Origin: an uncultured Lachnospiraceae bacterium
GTDB taxonomy: Bacteria; Bacillota; Clostridia; Lachnospirales; Lachnospiraceae
Assembly (NCBI GenBank): GCA_946566685.1
Contig: CAMNXA010000006.1
Span: 14,699-78,698 of the forward strand
Length of the DNA stretch: 64,000 nt
Reading direction: 5' to 3'
Under the pieces are notes generated by a model. It saw nothing but the letters and a program-made list of their open reading frames with translations. It had not been told where the DNA came from and ran no database searches. The position numbers and the translations under genes are program-made. Shown here one piece after another: positions 54,962 to 64,000 of this stretch (position 1 is the first letter of the stretch; each line of letters opens with the position of its first letter).

Positions 54962-55654
54962 ATGTACAGGATACTAATGGTGGATGACGATCCCATGATA
55001 TTAAAGAACAATCAGACTTTTTTCTGTGCGATGGGATATGATGTGATCTGTGCTGATACCGCTGCCGCGGCGGAAGAGATCATTCTCTCCAATGCTCTGG
55101 ATTGTATTATTCTGGACGTAGACCTTCCGGACATGGATGGCTTTGCGCTGTGTGAAAAGATACGTTTAAAGACCGGTCTCCCCATCGTCTTTCTCTCCGG
55201 CTATACCGAAGAAGAAAGCCGCATCCGCGGACTCTCCGTGGGCGGCGATGACTATGTATGCAAACCTTACAGTCTGAAAGAACTGGAACTGCGCGTACAG
55301 GCCCGCATCCGGGCAGGCAGGGCGGCCGAACCGCCTAAAACACTTAACTTTGGCGCTTTTTCCATCAGCCCTTCCTCTTGCAGTGCAAGCTATGACTCCC
55401 GCTCCGTGGACTTTTCTTCTTATGAATTTGATGTGCTGTATTTCCTGGCCAGACATCCCGGCAAAATCTTTACCCCGGAGCAGATCTATGATTCCGTGTG
55501 GAAGGCGCCTATCATCAAAGGTCAGAAATCCCTGCAAGTCATTATGGGACGTATCCGCAGAAAACTCTATGAACTATGCCCTGACCACGACTACATCCAG
55601 ACCAAACGCTATAAGGGATATCTCTTTGTCCCTGATGAAAAGAGTGACGTATAG
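54962..55654 (+). CDS. OmpR-family response regulator
   Basis: The receiver is ILMVDDDP...CIILDVDLPDMDG. The winged helix is ...YEFDVLYFLARHPGKIFTPEQIY...GYLF. GAGGTG precedes the ATG at 54962. Confidence 0.92.
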   Translation: MYRILMVDDDPMILKNNQTFFCAMGYDVICADTAAAAEEIILSNALDCIILDVDLPDMDGFALCEKIRLKTGLPIVFLSGYTEEESRIRGLSVGGDDYVCKPYSLKELELRVQARIRAGRAAEPPKTLNFGAFSISPSSCSASYDSRSVDFSSYEFDVLYFLARHPGKIFTPEQIYDSVWKAPIIKGQKSLQVIMGRIRRKLYELCPDHDYIQTKRYKGYLFVPDEKSDV

Positions 55655-55658
55655 TCTG

Positions 55659-57482
55659 TTATCGTCTATTTCCTTTTGGACGGCGGCTCTTTGGGGATGC
55701 TTTCTTTGTCCGCCTGTGTCTGCGCAGACTGCCTGTATGGACAAAGTACCCTGCCACACCGGCGCCGGCCGACAAAGTGATAAACCCTGACACAAGAACA
55801 ATATTTCTGGTGGTGTTAAGCCGCTGCTTGATGGTTACCTGCCGGTGCCTGCTGACATTCGTATCCTCTCCGTCAGATGCAGGGGACGCCAGTTCCTGCG
55901 GCATAACTTCCATGATTTCCGTTGAGACCGTCTCCACTGTGGTGGAATTACTGTCTTTGCTTTCGCCTTTGGAATCTTCGGGCATGTCCGTTATAGAAAT
56001 ATTACTGCCATCTGCATTTTCTGGGACATTGCTGCTTTGGGACACATCGGCATCCACAGAGCTTGTGGTGCTCTGATCGGCTGACTGACCGGCAGCGCTG
56101 CTGTTACTCTCAGATGATGACTCAGTATCTGATGCGTCATCCGGCGCCTCATTGTCACTGTCCTTATTTTCCCCGGGCTTTGTGCTCTGTGACGGGTTCC
56201 GATCGCCTGTAGAGGTGTCGTCAGAGTCCTCTTTCGGATTGTCTGGCGGATCAACAATGGATGTGCCTCCTCCGCGGCTGCCGCCTATATCTTCTGCGGC
56301 CACCATATTACCTGCCTCATAACGCAACACATTAGATAAGTACGTTTTATCGTTTTTTTCTCCCCGCAGGCGTATATATAGGTAAGGGCTCCGTTCCTTG
56401 TCCCAGTTATCATAAGAGAAGTAGATACAAAAGCCCTCCTTCTCGGAAGTTACGGTTTTCTTTTCACTCTCAATCCAGCTTGTACCATCAAAAGAATACT
56501 CTTCCGTCACCGTAAGAGGAAGCTGCCCCTGGGGTTTCGTATAATCGCCCTGAACGTAATATACACTGCCGCGTAAAAAAGCATCCACCTCGGTAAAAGT
56601 CAGCGGATAATCATTATAAACCACAGTACAGACCGGCGGCACTTCAAATACCGCCTGAGAAGAAAGGCCTTCCACCCGAAACCGCCGTCTTTCCTCCTGC
56701 TGTTTTTCAGTTCCTGCAAGATCCCAGGAAACCTGTATCATCCTGTTATACTGTATCTGCCCCTGATAATTGACTTTACATGGAATCTGTGCAGGCAGAA
56801 GACCGTCTGCGGACTGCTCCTTTTCCACAACCACGCAGACAGAAGAGGATTCCATCACAAAAGGCGTGTCCGCATAATGAATCTCTCCGGACACCCTGCA
56901 CGAGGCATAAGTATTCCCCAGAAGAAGACCTGCGCCTTCCTCCTGCCACAGGGTATACTGCGAAGAAGTCCCTTCCGCCGTACTTTCCACAATGACACCG
57001 TCAAGTGTCAGCATGCCGCCTTTGATTGCATGAAAAATGCCCTTACTGCCGCCTCTGCCGCGAAAAATAAGATGTCCGTCACTGATAAAGGCGATATTGC
57101 CGGCAGCCGTAACTGTATAAACATCCGTATCCACCACAATATCCGGCAGATTAGCCCCGTTAGGCGCAAAATAATAAAACTCTCTCAGGACAATATTATT
57201 TGTCAGTTTTACACTGCCGCCGCCGTTTTTGTGTGAGTCAAGCCACTCTATAAAATCCTCGGCTGTGGATACCGTATCCGGTTCTGTATCCTGTGCCGTA
57301 TTCTGACTGATAGTCGTTACCGGCTTTTGCAGCGCATTCTGACTGATTGCTGCCTTTGCATTTTGTGATGTATTCTGACTGATCGACTCAGGCGCAGCCA
57401 TTGCCACAGATGTATCCAACAGATATAATGAAAATATCATTATAAGGGCCCAGAACCCTACATCCTTTTTCCTATTTTTCAT
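55659..57482 (-). CDS. secreted, C-terminally membrane-anchored surface protein with Ser/Asp-rich stalk
   Basis: It has a signal peptide, ISQN repeats and a central folded region. An acidic low-complexity stretch (…SDDTSTGDRNPSQSTKPGENKDSDNEAPDDASDTESSSESNSS…) follows, then a C-terminal TM helix and a basic tail. There is no LPXTG. Confidence 0.6.
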   Translation of the reverse strand: MKNRKKDVGFWALIMIFSLYLLDTSVAMAAPESISQNTSQNAKAAISQNALQKPVTTISQNTAQDTEPDTVSTAEDFIEWLDSHKNGGGSVKLTNNIVLREFYYFAPNGANLPDIVVDTDVYTVTAAGNIAFISDGHLIFRGRGGSKGIFHAIKGGMLTLDGVIVESTAEGTSSQYTLWQEEGAGLLLGNTYASCRVSGEIHYADTPFVMESSSVCVVVEKEQSADGLLPAQIPCKVNYQGQIQYNRMIQVSWDLAGTEKQQEERRRFRVEGLSSQAVFEVPPVCTVVYNDYPLTFTEVDAFLRGSVYYVQGDYTKPQGQLPLTVTEEYSFDGTSWIESEKKTVTSEKEGFCIYFSYDNWDKERSPYLYIRLRGEKNDKTYLSNVLRYEAGNMVAAEDIGGSRGGGTSIVDPPDNPKEDSDDTSTGDRNPSQSTKPGENKDSDNEAPDDASDTESSSESNSSAAGQSADQSTTSSVDADVSQSSNVPENADGSNISITDMPEDSKGESKDSNSTTVETVSTEIMEVMPQELASPASDGEDTNVSRHRQVTIKQRLNTTRNIVLVSGFITLSAGAGVAGYFVHTGSLRRHRRTKKASPKSRRPKGNRR

Positions 57483-57555
57483 ACAACTGTTCCTCTCACC
57501 AATCAGATGGCTATCTGTTATACCATCGCCTCAATGCCCCGAAATGGAGATTACC

Positions 57556-59553
57556 ATGAAACAGACAATCTTTTCCAATTATGCAAAACAGGCCGTCCTG
57601 ATCATAGCCGGCACAGCCATCCTGACTCTGCTCGGGCTTTGGGCAATCACCTGTTATGATAACAAATATATAGCAAAATCCGCGCACACACAAGATAATT
57701 CTACACAAATCCCCGCAAAAGGATATGTCTCCCTGGTGGATGGCTGGACACTGTACCCAGATATTTTACTTAATCCGCAAGATCTTGCCTCCCAGGCTGC
57801 GGCAGACCATCCGGCCTACAGCACCTGGGCCGGTGAATATCCGAATCTCTCCCTGTTTCACGAAGATCGAAGTCCCTACGGCACCGCCACATGGCATCTG
57901 CGTCTGCAGGGCAAGGGTGTATTCACCCTCTATCTGCCGGAACCCCTGTGCGCTGCCAGGGTGTTTGTGAACGGGCAATGTCTTGGTCAGACAGGGGAAG
58001 TCCATCCGGAAAGTTACAAGCCCCTGATTCGTGATTCTTTCTTTTCCTTTGCCCTGGACGGCGAGGCAGAACTGCTTATTCAGACAGCCAATTACTCTCA
58101 TTATTACGGGGGCATCTGGTATGTGCCCGTAATCGGAGATCCGGACAGCATCCATCATCTGACTGCCGCCCGGATGACTGTCTATGTACTGCTCTTTGCA
58201 GTCTCCTTCACCCTTTCCCTGTTTTGCATGGTTCTCTGGAAACGCAGCCACACTGCAAAAGACCGGGTAAACTTTTACTTTGGGATGGGGAGTATTTCCT
58301 TCGCCCTGCGCATCTGTTATCCAGTCTTTCGTCTGTCAGGCGTACCGCTTGTGCGAACCCTCTATGCTCTGGAAGACGGTGCGGCGATGCTGGGCATCTA
58401 TTTTTCCCTGCAAATTGCACTTCTGCTGTTCTTGCCAAACAGTTCCCAGCGCTTCAAGAACGTCCTGCGTGCCATTGCCCTGATCGTTTCCGGCACAGTC
58501 GTTGTGATGCCCATGCTTATACTGCCCGCGGTTCCCGGTCTTGTCCCCCTGTACGGGACATTCATCTCCTGGTATAAACTGCTCATGTCCGGTCTTTTCA
58601 TCAACCTCACCATCTATGGCGGTTTTACAGGCGCTGACCATACCAGAAGCATTCTTGCGGCCGCCTGTGCAAACGGTATCTGCCTGCTGTACGGTGTTCT
58701 CTCCATCGGCGGATACGAACCGATCATTGGCGCATATCCGGAAGAATATGGCGCCTTCTGCATGGTCATTGCCTTCGCAGTTCTCATGATACAGCGAAAT
58801 CATGCCATGGCTGAGGAGAACAGGAACCTGAATCTGCATTTACAGGAAGAAGTACAGGAAAAAACAAGACATTTACAGAAGCTTCTTGCTGAAAGAGGAC
58901 AGCTGCTCGCAGAACTGGGACACGATATGAAATCGCCTCTGACCGCCCTCTCCAACATGGCACAAATCATCCGCTTAAACGACATTATGCTGGACGAAGA
59001 TACCCGTGAGAGAATGATCCACATAGAAGAGCAGTGCGATATTTTGTCCAGACGGCTCAAATCCATTCAGGAGATAGCCGCCCAGACCAGCGCTCCCATG
59101 TCCATGGAACCTGTCGTACTGAACACTTTTCTCTCTGATTTCGGACGCAACTGCCGTCCGATTATAGAACTGAACGGTACCAGTTTTATAGAAAAAATCG
59201 ATTCCTGTCCATATCGTGTTATGGCCAGCCGCGACCAGCTTTTCCGCGCCCTGGAAAACCTGCTGTATAACGCTGCCGACTTTACTCCTGCTGACGGAGA
59301 GATCTCGCTTTCCCTGACGGCAGATAAATCAACCGCATATATTACCATTGCCGATACCGGATGCGGGATATCGAAAGAGGACCTGCCGCGCATTTTCCAT
59401 CGCTCCTATACCACCCGCGCTGACAAAGGCGGCCAGGGTCTGGGACTTGCCATCACCCGCGCCATTGTATTGGAGCACGGCGGACAGATCTCGGCGCAGT
59501 CCATAGAAGGAGAGGGCACCACATTTACCATCAGGCTGCCGTTACTTTCCTGA
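57556..59553 (+). CDS. sensor histidine kinase with N-terminal extracellular + 7-TM (7TMR-DISM-like) module
   Basis: The H-box is ELGHDMKSPLTAL. The N/G boxes are LLYNAADFT, DTGCGI and GQGLGLAITRAI. The ATG at 57556 lies 5 nt after GGAGA. Confidence 0.88.
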   Translation: MKQTIFSNYAKQAVLIIAGTAILTLLGLWAITCYDNKYIAKSAHTQDNSTQIPAKGYVSLVDGWTLYPDILLNPQDLASQAAADHPAYSTWAGEYPNLSLFHEDRSPYGTATWHLRLQGKGVFTLYLPEPLCAARVFVNGQCLGQTGEVHPESYKPLIRDSFFSFALDGEAELLIQTANYSHYYGGIWYVPVIGDPDSIHHLTAARMTVYVLLFAVSFTLSLFCMVLWKRSHTAKDRVNFYFGMGSISFALRICYPVFRLSGVPLVRTLYALEDGAAMLGIYFSLQIALLLFLPNSSQRFKNVLRAIALIVSGTVVVMPMLILPAVPGLVPLYGTFISWYKLLMSGLFINLTIYGGFTGADHTRSILAAACANGICLLYGVLSIGGYEPIIGAYPEEYGAFCMVIAFAVLMIQRNHAMAEENRNLNLHLQEEVQEKTRHLQKLLAERGQLLAELGHDMKSPLTALSNMAQIIRLNDIMLDEDTRERMIHIEEQCDILSRRLKSIQEIAAQTSAPMSMEPVVLNTFLSDFGRNCRPIIELNGTSFIEKIDSCPYRVMASRDQLFRALENLLYNAADFTPADGEISLSLTADKSTAYITIADTGCGISKEDLPRIFHRSYTTRADKGGQGLGLAITRAIVLEHGGQISAQSIEGEGTTFTIRLPLLS

Positions 59554-59771
59554 ATGTTTTCTGCGCTTTTTAATTGTTACAGGTTCCTAATTATGTCAGG
59601 ACTATGATATTTTTCACTTTTTTGCCTCCCATATTTTGAAATTCTGATATAATTCCTGTATAATTTTTATGTAATACGTTTTGAGCCTTTTACTTTATCA
59701 TGACTCGGGTCAGGATACCGTTACAAAACATTGTAAAATTCCAACACATACCACAGAAAGGAGCATCCACA

Positions 59772-62471
59772 TTGAAAGCCATAACATTTACCGATGAACA
59801 CGGAAGTTTTACCATGAAACAGCCCGAAAATACAAGTTATCTGTATTTTCCCCTTGCCTCGGAAACCGGATTGAAAAGCTGCGTCACACCAAACCTTGGC
59901 GGCGATGCCAAGATCGATCAGGAGACCTTCCTTCTGGAGCCGGTGAGTTCCGAAAACCTGCATAACAATCGTTCCGTCAGAAATTTCTGGTGTGTCATAG
60001 ACGGTGTGGGCGTATATTCTGCTATGGGCGCTTCCGCCGAACAGGAAGCCGCCAGATTCTCCCCCGCACAGGACGAGTGCGAACTGTCTGCCAGTTTTAT
60101 GTGGCAGACCATTAAACGCTCCTCCAAATCTCTTCCGATCGAAACCACCGTCACCTCTTTTGTGCCAAGAGATGCAAATGTTGAAGTCATGTCTGTGACC
60201 GTACAAAATATGTCCGGCAACCCTCAGCAGCTGACTGCTTACGGCGCCATTCCTCTTTACGGCCGCAGCGCAGACAACATCCGCGACCACAGGAATGTTA
60301 CTTCCATGTTGCATCGTATCCGGACGACCAAGAACAGTATTTTGGTCTGTCCCACCATGTCTTTTGATGAGAAAGGGCATCGTCCGAATCATAAGATTTA
60401 TCATGTCAGCGGTTTTACAGGCAGCGGTAATATGCCCGAAAGCTTCTACCCCACCGTAGAGGATTATATCGGCGAAGGCGGAACCTACACCCATCCCCGC
60501 GCCATATATGAACAATATCCCGGAGTTTCGGCTTTTTGTACCGCCCAGGGAAGAGAGGCAATGGGTGCGATGCGCTTTGAGAAAGTCTCCCTCGCTCCCG
60601 GAGAAAAGGCCGAATATATCCTTCTGCTGGGTGTGGAGGAAACGGAAGACCAGATTACGGATGTTCTTCAAAAATACAATACCGCCGAAAAGGTTCAGGC
60701 TGCTTTGATCCAAACCAGATCATATTGGCAGGATCGGGTATCCGTCAGTTATCATACAGGAGATGCCGACTTTGATCAGCTTATGAAATGGATCAGCTTT
60801 CAACCGTTTCTGCGCCGCATATTTGGCTGTTCTTTCCTGCCCCATCACGATTATGGCCGCGGCGGCCGTGGATGGCGCGACCTGTGGCAGGACTGCCTTT
60901 CACTGCTGTTGCTGGAGCCTCAGGGCGTTGGAAAAATGATTGCCGCAAACTACGGCGGTGTCCGCATCGATGGCACAAATGCGACCATTATCGGAAGCGG
61001 AGACGGTAACTTTATTGCAGACCGCAATGGCATTGCCCGTGTCTGGATGGATCACGCCCTCTGGCCGTTCATGACTACCAGGCTTTATATCGATCAGACT
61101 GGGGACTTTGAAATCCTTTACAAACAGATTCCCTATTTTAAAGATGCGCAGGCCATGCGCGGAACCGACATCGATACTTCCTGGTCTTTGACAGACGGCA
61201 ATCAACAGCTTACCGACCAACAGCAAATTTATGCAGGCAGTATTTTAGAGCATCTGCTGATCCAGCATCTCACCGCCTTTTATGAAGTTGGCGACCATAA
61301 TATCTATCGTCTGCGCGGTGCGGACTGGAATGATGCACTTGATATGGCAGCAGAACACGGGGAAAGCGTTGCCTTTACCTGCGCCTATGCCGGCAACTTA
61401 CAGGATCTGGCAGCCATGCTTCGTCTTCTGGACAGCGATTCCCCCGCCCACACGGTTGAACTGTTGGAAGAAATTGCCATCCTGCTGAACGATGATGCTC
61501 AAATGTATGATGATATCCACCAAAAGCGCAAGATTTTAGAGGAGTACCTGGAACACTGCCGCCATACGATTCCCGGGAAACGCAGAGCCTTCTCCCTCTC
61601 TTACCTTGCCGCGAACCTGTCTGCAAAGGCAGACTGGCTGATGAGACATATCAGGTCTCAGGAGTGGATCACCGTTTCCAAGGAGGAGGGATGGTTTAAC
61701 AGTTATTATGACAATCATGGCCGGTCTGTCGAAGGATTACACAACGGCCAGATCCGCATGATGCTGACAGGCCAGGTGTTTGCCATTATGAGCGGCACGG
61801 CGCAAAATGAACAGATCCATAAGATTGTCAGAAGCGCCGATCATTATCTTTACCAGGAAAAGATTGGCGGCTATCGCCTGAATACGGATTTTCAGGAATT
61901 GAAATTTGACATGGGCAGAATGTTCGGGTTTGCCTATGGGGAAAAGGAAAACGGCGCCGTCTTCTCCCATATGACGGTCATGTACGCAAATGCCCTGTAT
62001 CGCCGCGGTTTCGTAAAAGAAGGCTGGAAAGCCCTGAAAACGCTGGCCGCAACTGCCCTCGACTTTGATACCAGCCATATTTATCCGGGCATCCCGGAAT
62101 ATTTCCGTGCTGACGGACGGGGCATGTATCATTACCTGACCGGCGCCGCAAGCTGGTTCATGATGACCATGATCACGGAAGTTTTCGGGATTCGCGGAGA
62201 GGCCGGGGAACTGACCCTCTATCCCAAACTGCTGGCGGAACAATTTGATGAAGCGGCAACCGCTTCCATCACTGTCCCCTTCGCCGGTAAAATGTTCAGG
62301 GTCATTTATCGCAATGAATCCGGGAAGGATTTCGGTACATACACAATAGGTTCCGCCTCCTGTGATGGAACTGAGCTTACCGTAAACGACAGCCCCTTCG
62401 CTGTCCTTCCCCGGCAGATGCTTGAAACATTGTCAGATGGGATTCATGAAATTATGATAGAACTTGTTTGA
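59772..62471 (+). CDS. large glycoside hydrolase/phosphorylase with a GH94-like (cellobiose-phosphorylase-like) architecture
   Basis: A protein of about 900 aa. The N-terminus ...FTMKQPENTSYLYFPLASETGLKS... and the central ...GRGGRGWRDLWQDC...DWNDALD... recall the (alpha/alpha)6-barrel phosphorylase/hydrolase group. A TTG start at 59772 lies 8 nt after AAAGGAG. The family assignment is tentative. Confidence 0.5.
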   Translation: MKAITFTDEHGSFTMKQPENTSYLYFPLASETGLKSCVTPNLGGDAKIDQETFLLEPVSSENLHNNRSVRNFWCVIDGVGVYSAMGASAEQEAARFSPAQDECELSASFMWQTIKRSSKSLPIETTVTSFVPRDANVEVMSVTVQNMSGNPQQLTAYGAIPLYGRSADNIRDHRNVTSMLHRIRTTKNSILVCPTMSFDEKGHRPNHKIYHVSGFTGSGNMPESFYPTVEDYIGEGGTYTHPRAIYEQYPGVSAFCTAQGREAMGAMRFEKVSLAPGEKAEYILLLGVEETEDQITDVLQKYNTAEKVQAALIQTRSYWQDRVSVSYHTGDADFDQLMKWISFQPFLRRIFGCSFLPHHDYGRGGRGWRDLWQDCLSLLLLEPQGVGKMIAANYGGVRIDGTNATIIGSGDGNFIADRNGIARVWMDHALWPFMTTRLYIDQTGDFEILYKQIPYFKDAQAMRGTDIDTSWSLTDGNQQLTDQQQIYAGSILEHLLIQHLTAFYEVGDHNIYRLRGADWNDALDMAAEHGESVAFTCAYAGNLQDLAAMLRLLDSDSPAHTVELLEEIAILLNDDAQMYDDIHQKRKILEEYLEHCRHTIPGKRRAFSLSYLAANLSAKADWLMRHIRSQEWITVSKEEGWFNSYYDNHGRSVEGLHNGQIRMMLTGQVFAIMSGTAQNEQIHKIVRSADHYLYQEKIGGYRLNTDFQELKFDMGRMFGFAYGEKENGAVFSHMTVMYANALYRRGFVKEGWKALKTLAATALDFDTSHIYPGIPEYFRADGRGMYHYLTGAASWFMMTMITEVFGIRGEAGELTLYPKLLAEQFDEAATASITVPFAGKMFRVIYRNESGKDFGTYTIGSASCDGTELTVNDSPFAVLPRQMLETLSDGIHEIMIELV

Positions 62472-62522
62472 GTCAGACAACAGCAGCAGATTATCCCTTG
62501 TCCAATAAACGCACAAAAATGC

Positions 62523-62568
62523 TGCCTCGCATTGATGATATATTCAATGCGAGGCACTTTTCTATTTT
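62523..62568. terminator. strong bidirectional rho-independent terminator
   Basis: TGCCTCGCATTGA-8 nt-TCAATGCGAGGCA (a 13-bp stem) is followed by CTTTTCTATTTT. Confidence 0.7.
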
Positions 62569-63379
62569 ACTGCTTATATCTCAAATTGCCATTCTGTAAT
62601 ACTTCCAGCTTTCCGGCATACATTTCTTCAATCACCTGCTCACACGGAACTTTGCGCATTTGCATCTCTTTTGAAGCATCATGGACTCTGAACATAGTTT
62701 GGTTTCGCTTTCTTAGTTCTTCAAAATACGCCTGGATATACGGATCCGCATCCTCCCTTGAAAGAGTTCCGCCCTTGTTAAGCAGCATAAATGCTGAGAG
62801 TACGCTGATGCATCTTGCCCTGCCAAGACTCACTATTCCGTTTCGTGCATTTTTATCGTCCGAACAGAAAATATAAATCTGTTCACCCAGTTTTGTGCTC
62901 AATATTTGAAATAGCACATAATTTTTCAATTCACCAAGATTCTTTCCTTCTCCAATTTCACCACAATCTGCCTCTAATTCCTGTAAAAAGGAATCCCCAG
63001 ATATTGTAGAATAGTCCAATGCCTGCAATCGTGCAAAGTTCTCCTCAAAGTATCCTTTCTTGTATGCTTCACACCCGTTCCTTAACATACTCGCATACAT
63101 AGCCTCAGCCGAACCAAAATAGATGGTATGAAGGTCATCTATTATCTCCTCATCAGTAACGCAATGAACAGATCCATCTGAAATCTTCGCATTCAGCCAT
63201 TCAGGCGAATTGCCTATATTATGTCTTGCAATCTCAATCTTTATCTGTTCATGACAGTAAAATCTGTATCCCTGCATTTCCATTATCCGGTCAATCATCT
63301 TATTTTGATCGTCCTTCCGAATCAGATGAGTCTTGGAAATAAAATCAGTATCCAGAAGAGCATATTTTTCTTTTGTCAT
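62567..63379 (-). CDS. hypothetical protein with PIN-like acidic motif pattern
   Basis: LLDTDFISK sits at the N-terminus, ...GEGKNLGELKNY... mid-protein and ...IFCSDDKNARN later, giving D / E / D-D spacing as in PIN nucleases. It lies 8 nt downstream of the ImmA-like gene. The region is AT-rich. Confidence 0.4.
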   Translation of the reverse strand: MTKEKYALLDTDFISKTHLIRKDDQNKMIDRIMEMQGYRFYCHEQIKIEIARHNIGNSPEWLNAKISDGSVHCVTDEEIIDDLHTIYFGSAEAMYASMLRNGCEAYKKGYFEENFARLQALDYSTISGDSFLQELEADCGEIGEGKNLGELKNYVLFQILSTKLGEQIYIFCSDDKNARNGIVSLGRARCISVLSAFMLLNKGGTLSREDADPYIQAYFEELRKRNQTMFRVHDASKEMQMRKVPCEQVIEEMYAGKLEVLQNGNLRYKQ

Positions 63380-63387
63380 ATGCCACC

Positions 63388-64000
63388 TTAACCTTCATTA
63401 CAAAAGCCCTTTCTGATTTTTTCCAGGTATTCTCTGTCCGATTCCTCCCGGCTGTCAGTCAGCAGTTCGTTGTTCCTGTTGTATTCCATATCGTCTAAAA
63501 GGCTGCCAAAATAAGAAACATCTTTACTGTTCTGCTGCCATGCAAGAGCTCTTCCAGTAAGATTTATACGCTCTGACACAAAAGAAGCATCCATTTTCAG
63601 AAGCTTCTGAGCCTTCGCAGGTGTAATGTCATGATTTTCAACAAGACGGAGTACTACTGCCTTATATGGAAGCGCAAACAAATCCATCAGCGTCAGCACG
63701 TCATCTACTGTTATTTTCTCACCGATAATTCCATAAAGCTTTATCTGCTCATCCAACATGCTGTCCGGCATCAAAAGTACTCCGGCAAATGCATTTGCCT
63801 CAAAATCCTCTTGTGACACAGCCATATCATCAGCAGTTTTCGAATCCAACAGTGATCCGCCTGCAATCGTATCCGGAACAATATCTTCCGCATAACAATG
63901 GATATGGTATAACTCGTGCGCTACGGCAAAAATCTGTTTGCACATAGCAAGCTCGGCATTCACGCAAAGAAACAGTGTTCCTTTCTTTACGAATGTAAAT
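63388..64000 (-). CDS. ImmA/IrrE-family (COG2856) metallopeptidase, C-terminal part; the gene runs off the right edge
   Basis: It has a HEXXH motif (FAVAHELYHIH). The reading frame stays open upstream to position 64000 (…FTFVKKGTLFLCVNAELAMCKQ…). Confidence 0.75.
   Translation of the reverse strand, partial: FTFVKKGTLFLCVNAELAMCKQIFAVAHELYHIHCYAEDIVPDTIAGGSLLDSKTADDMAVSQEDFEANAFAGVLLMPDSMLDEQIKLYGIIGEKITVDDVLTLMDLFALPYKAVVLRLVENHDITPAKAQKLLKMDASFVSERINLTGRALAWQQNSKDVSYFGSLLDDMEYNRNNELLTDSREESDREYLEKIRKGFCNEG

Noticed and set aside
57300-57390. A triple direct repeat ATTCTGACTGAT.
   Set aside because: It lies within the coding sequence of the surface protein and encodes the ISQN peptide repeats. 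It is not a CRISPR or regulatory array.
59721-60713. A 330-aa minus-strand ORF lies opposite the GH94-like gene.
   Set aside because: It is a shadow ORF within a much longer, better supported plus-strand gene. It has no recognisable domain.
1-64000. I looked for rRNA, tRNA and CRISPR arrays, and for integrase or intact transposase genes.
   Set aside because: I recognised no spaced direct-repeat array, no cloverleaf-like or rRNA-like stretches in the intergenic regions, and no recombinase motifs in any long ORF.

Overview
This 64-kb chromosomal segment looks like a Clostridia/Lachnospiraceae-type gut Firmicute. That placement is inferred from gene content and cannot be verified here. I found about 60 protein genes and no rRNA, tRNA, CRISPR array, integrase or intact transposase.

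The backbone content is as follows:
- purine salvage (NCS2 permease plus apt)
- two MATE pumps
- two classical polar-amino-acid ABC importers
- an alpha-glucoside locus (GH31, AraC, two tandem GH13)
- a choloylglycine-hydrolase (BSH/PVA) family gene
- NUDIX and RecQ
- a His-kinase / hemerythrin / GGDEF signalling patch
- a WYL-regulator cluster
- a 5'-nucleotidase
- an OmpR/His-kinase pair
- a large GH94-like enzyme

Four regions stand out.

(1) Positions 38.2-54.8 kb hold an uninterrupted minus-strand array of about 16.5 kb. It starts with a membrane PP2C phosphatase and a STAS protein. Next come a 1137-aa single-chain ABC transporter (binding domains, permease and ATPase fused) with a degenerate RsbW-like tail, and an orphan 459-aa protein. 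A three-gene NHLM-type exporter follows (short HlyD-like protein, C39-peptidase ABC, second ABC). After it lie three small ORFs that together carry five double-glycine leader-type motifs. One of these ORFs is split by a G11 homopolymer. The array ends with an ECF-like sigma factor, an RsbW-type kinase, two lipoproteins and a 5'-nucleotidase. I regard this as the best candidate for an undescribed system.

(2) Positions 19.1-23.5 kb form an AT-rich islet bounded by a 12-bp direct repeat. It carries a PLD-nuclease / SF2-helicase / DUF3427-like protein and a tripartite toxin-antitoxin-SecB-like-chaperone module.

(3) Positions 2.8-4.4 kb hold an XRE regulator with a FliG_C/MgtE_N-like tail, next to a LuxR-type membrane regulator and an orphan MotA/ExbB-like channel protein.

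(4) The right edge holds an ImmA/IrrE peptidase plus a PIN-like gene pair.

A ~62-nt structured intergenic repeat occurs twice, with two shorter echoes. All functional calls come from reading motifs in the supplied translations or in my own translations. No database search was possible.
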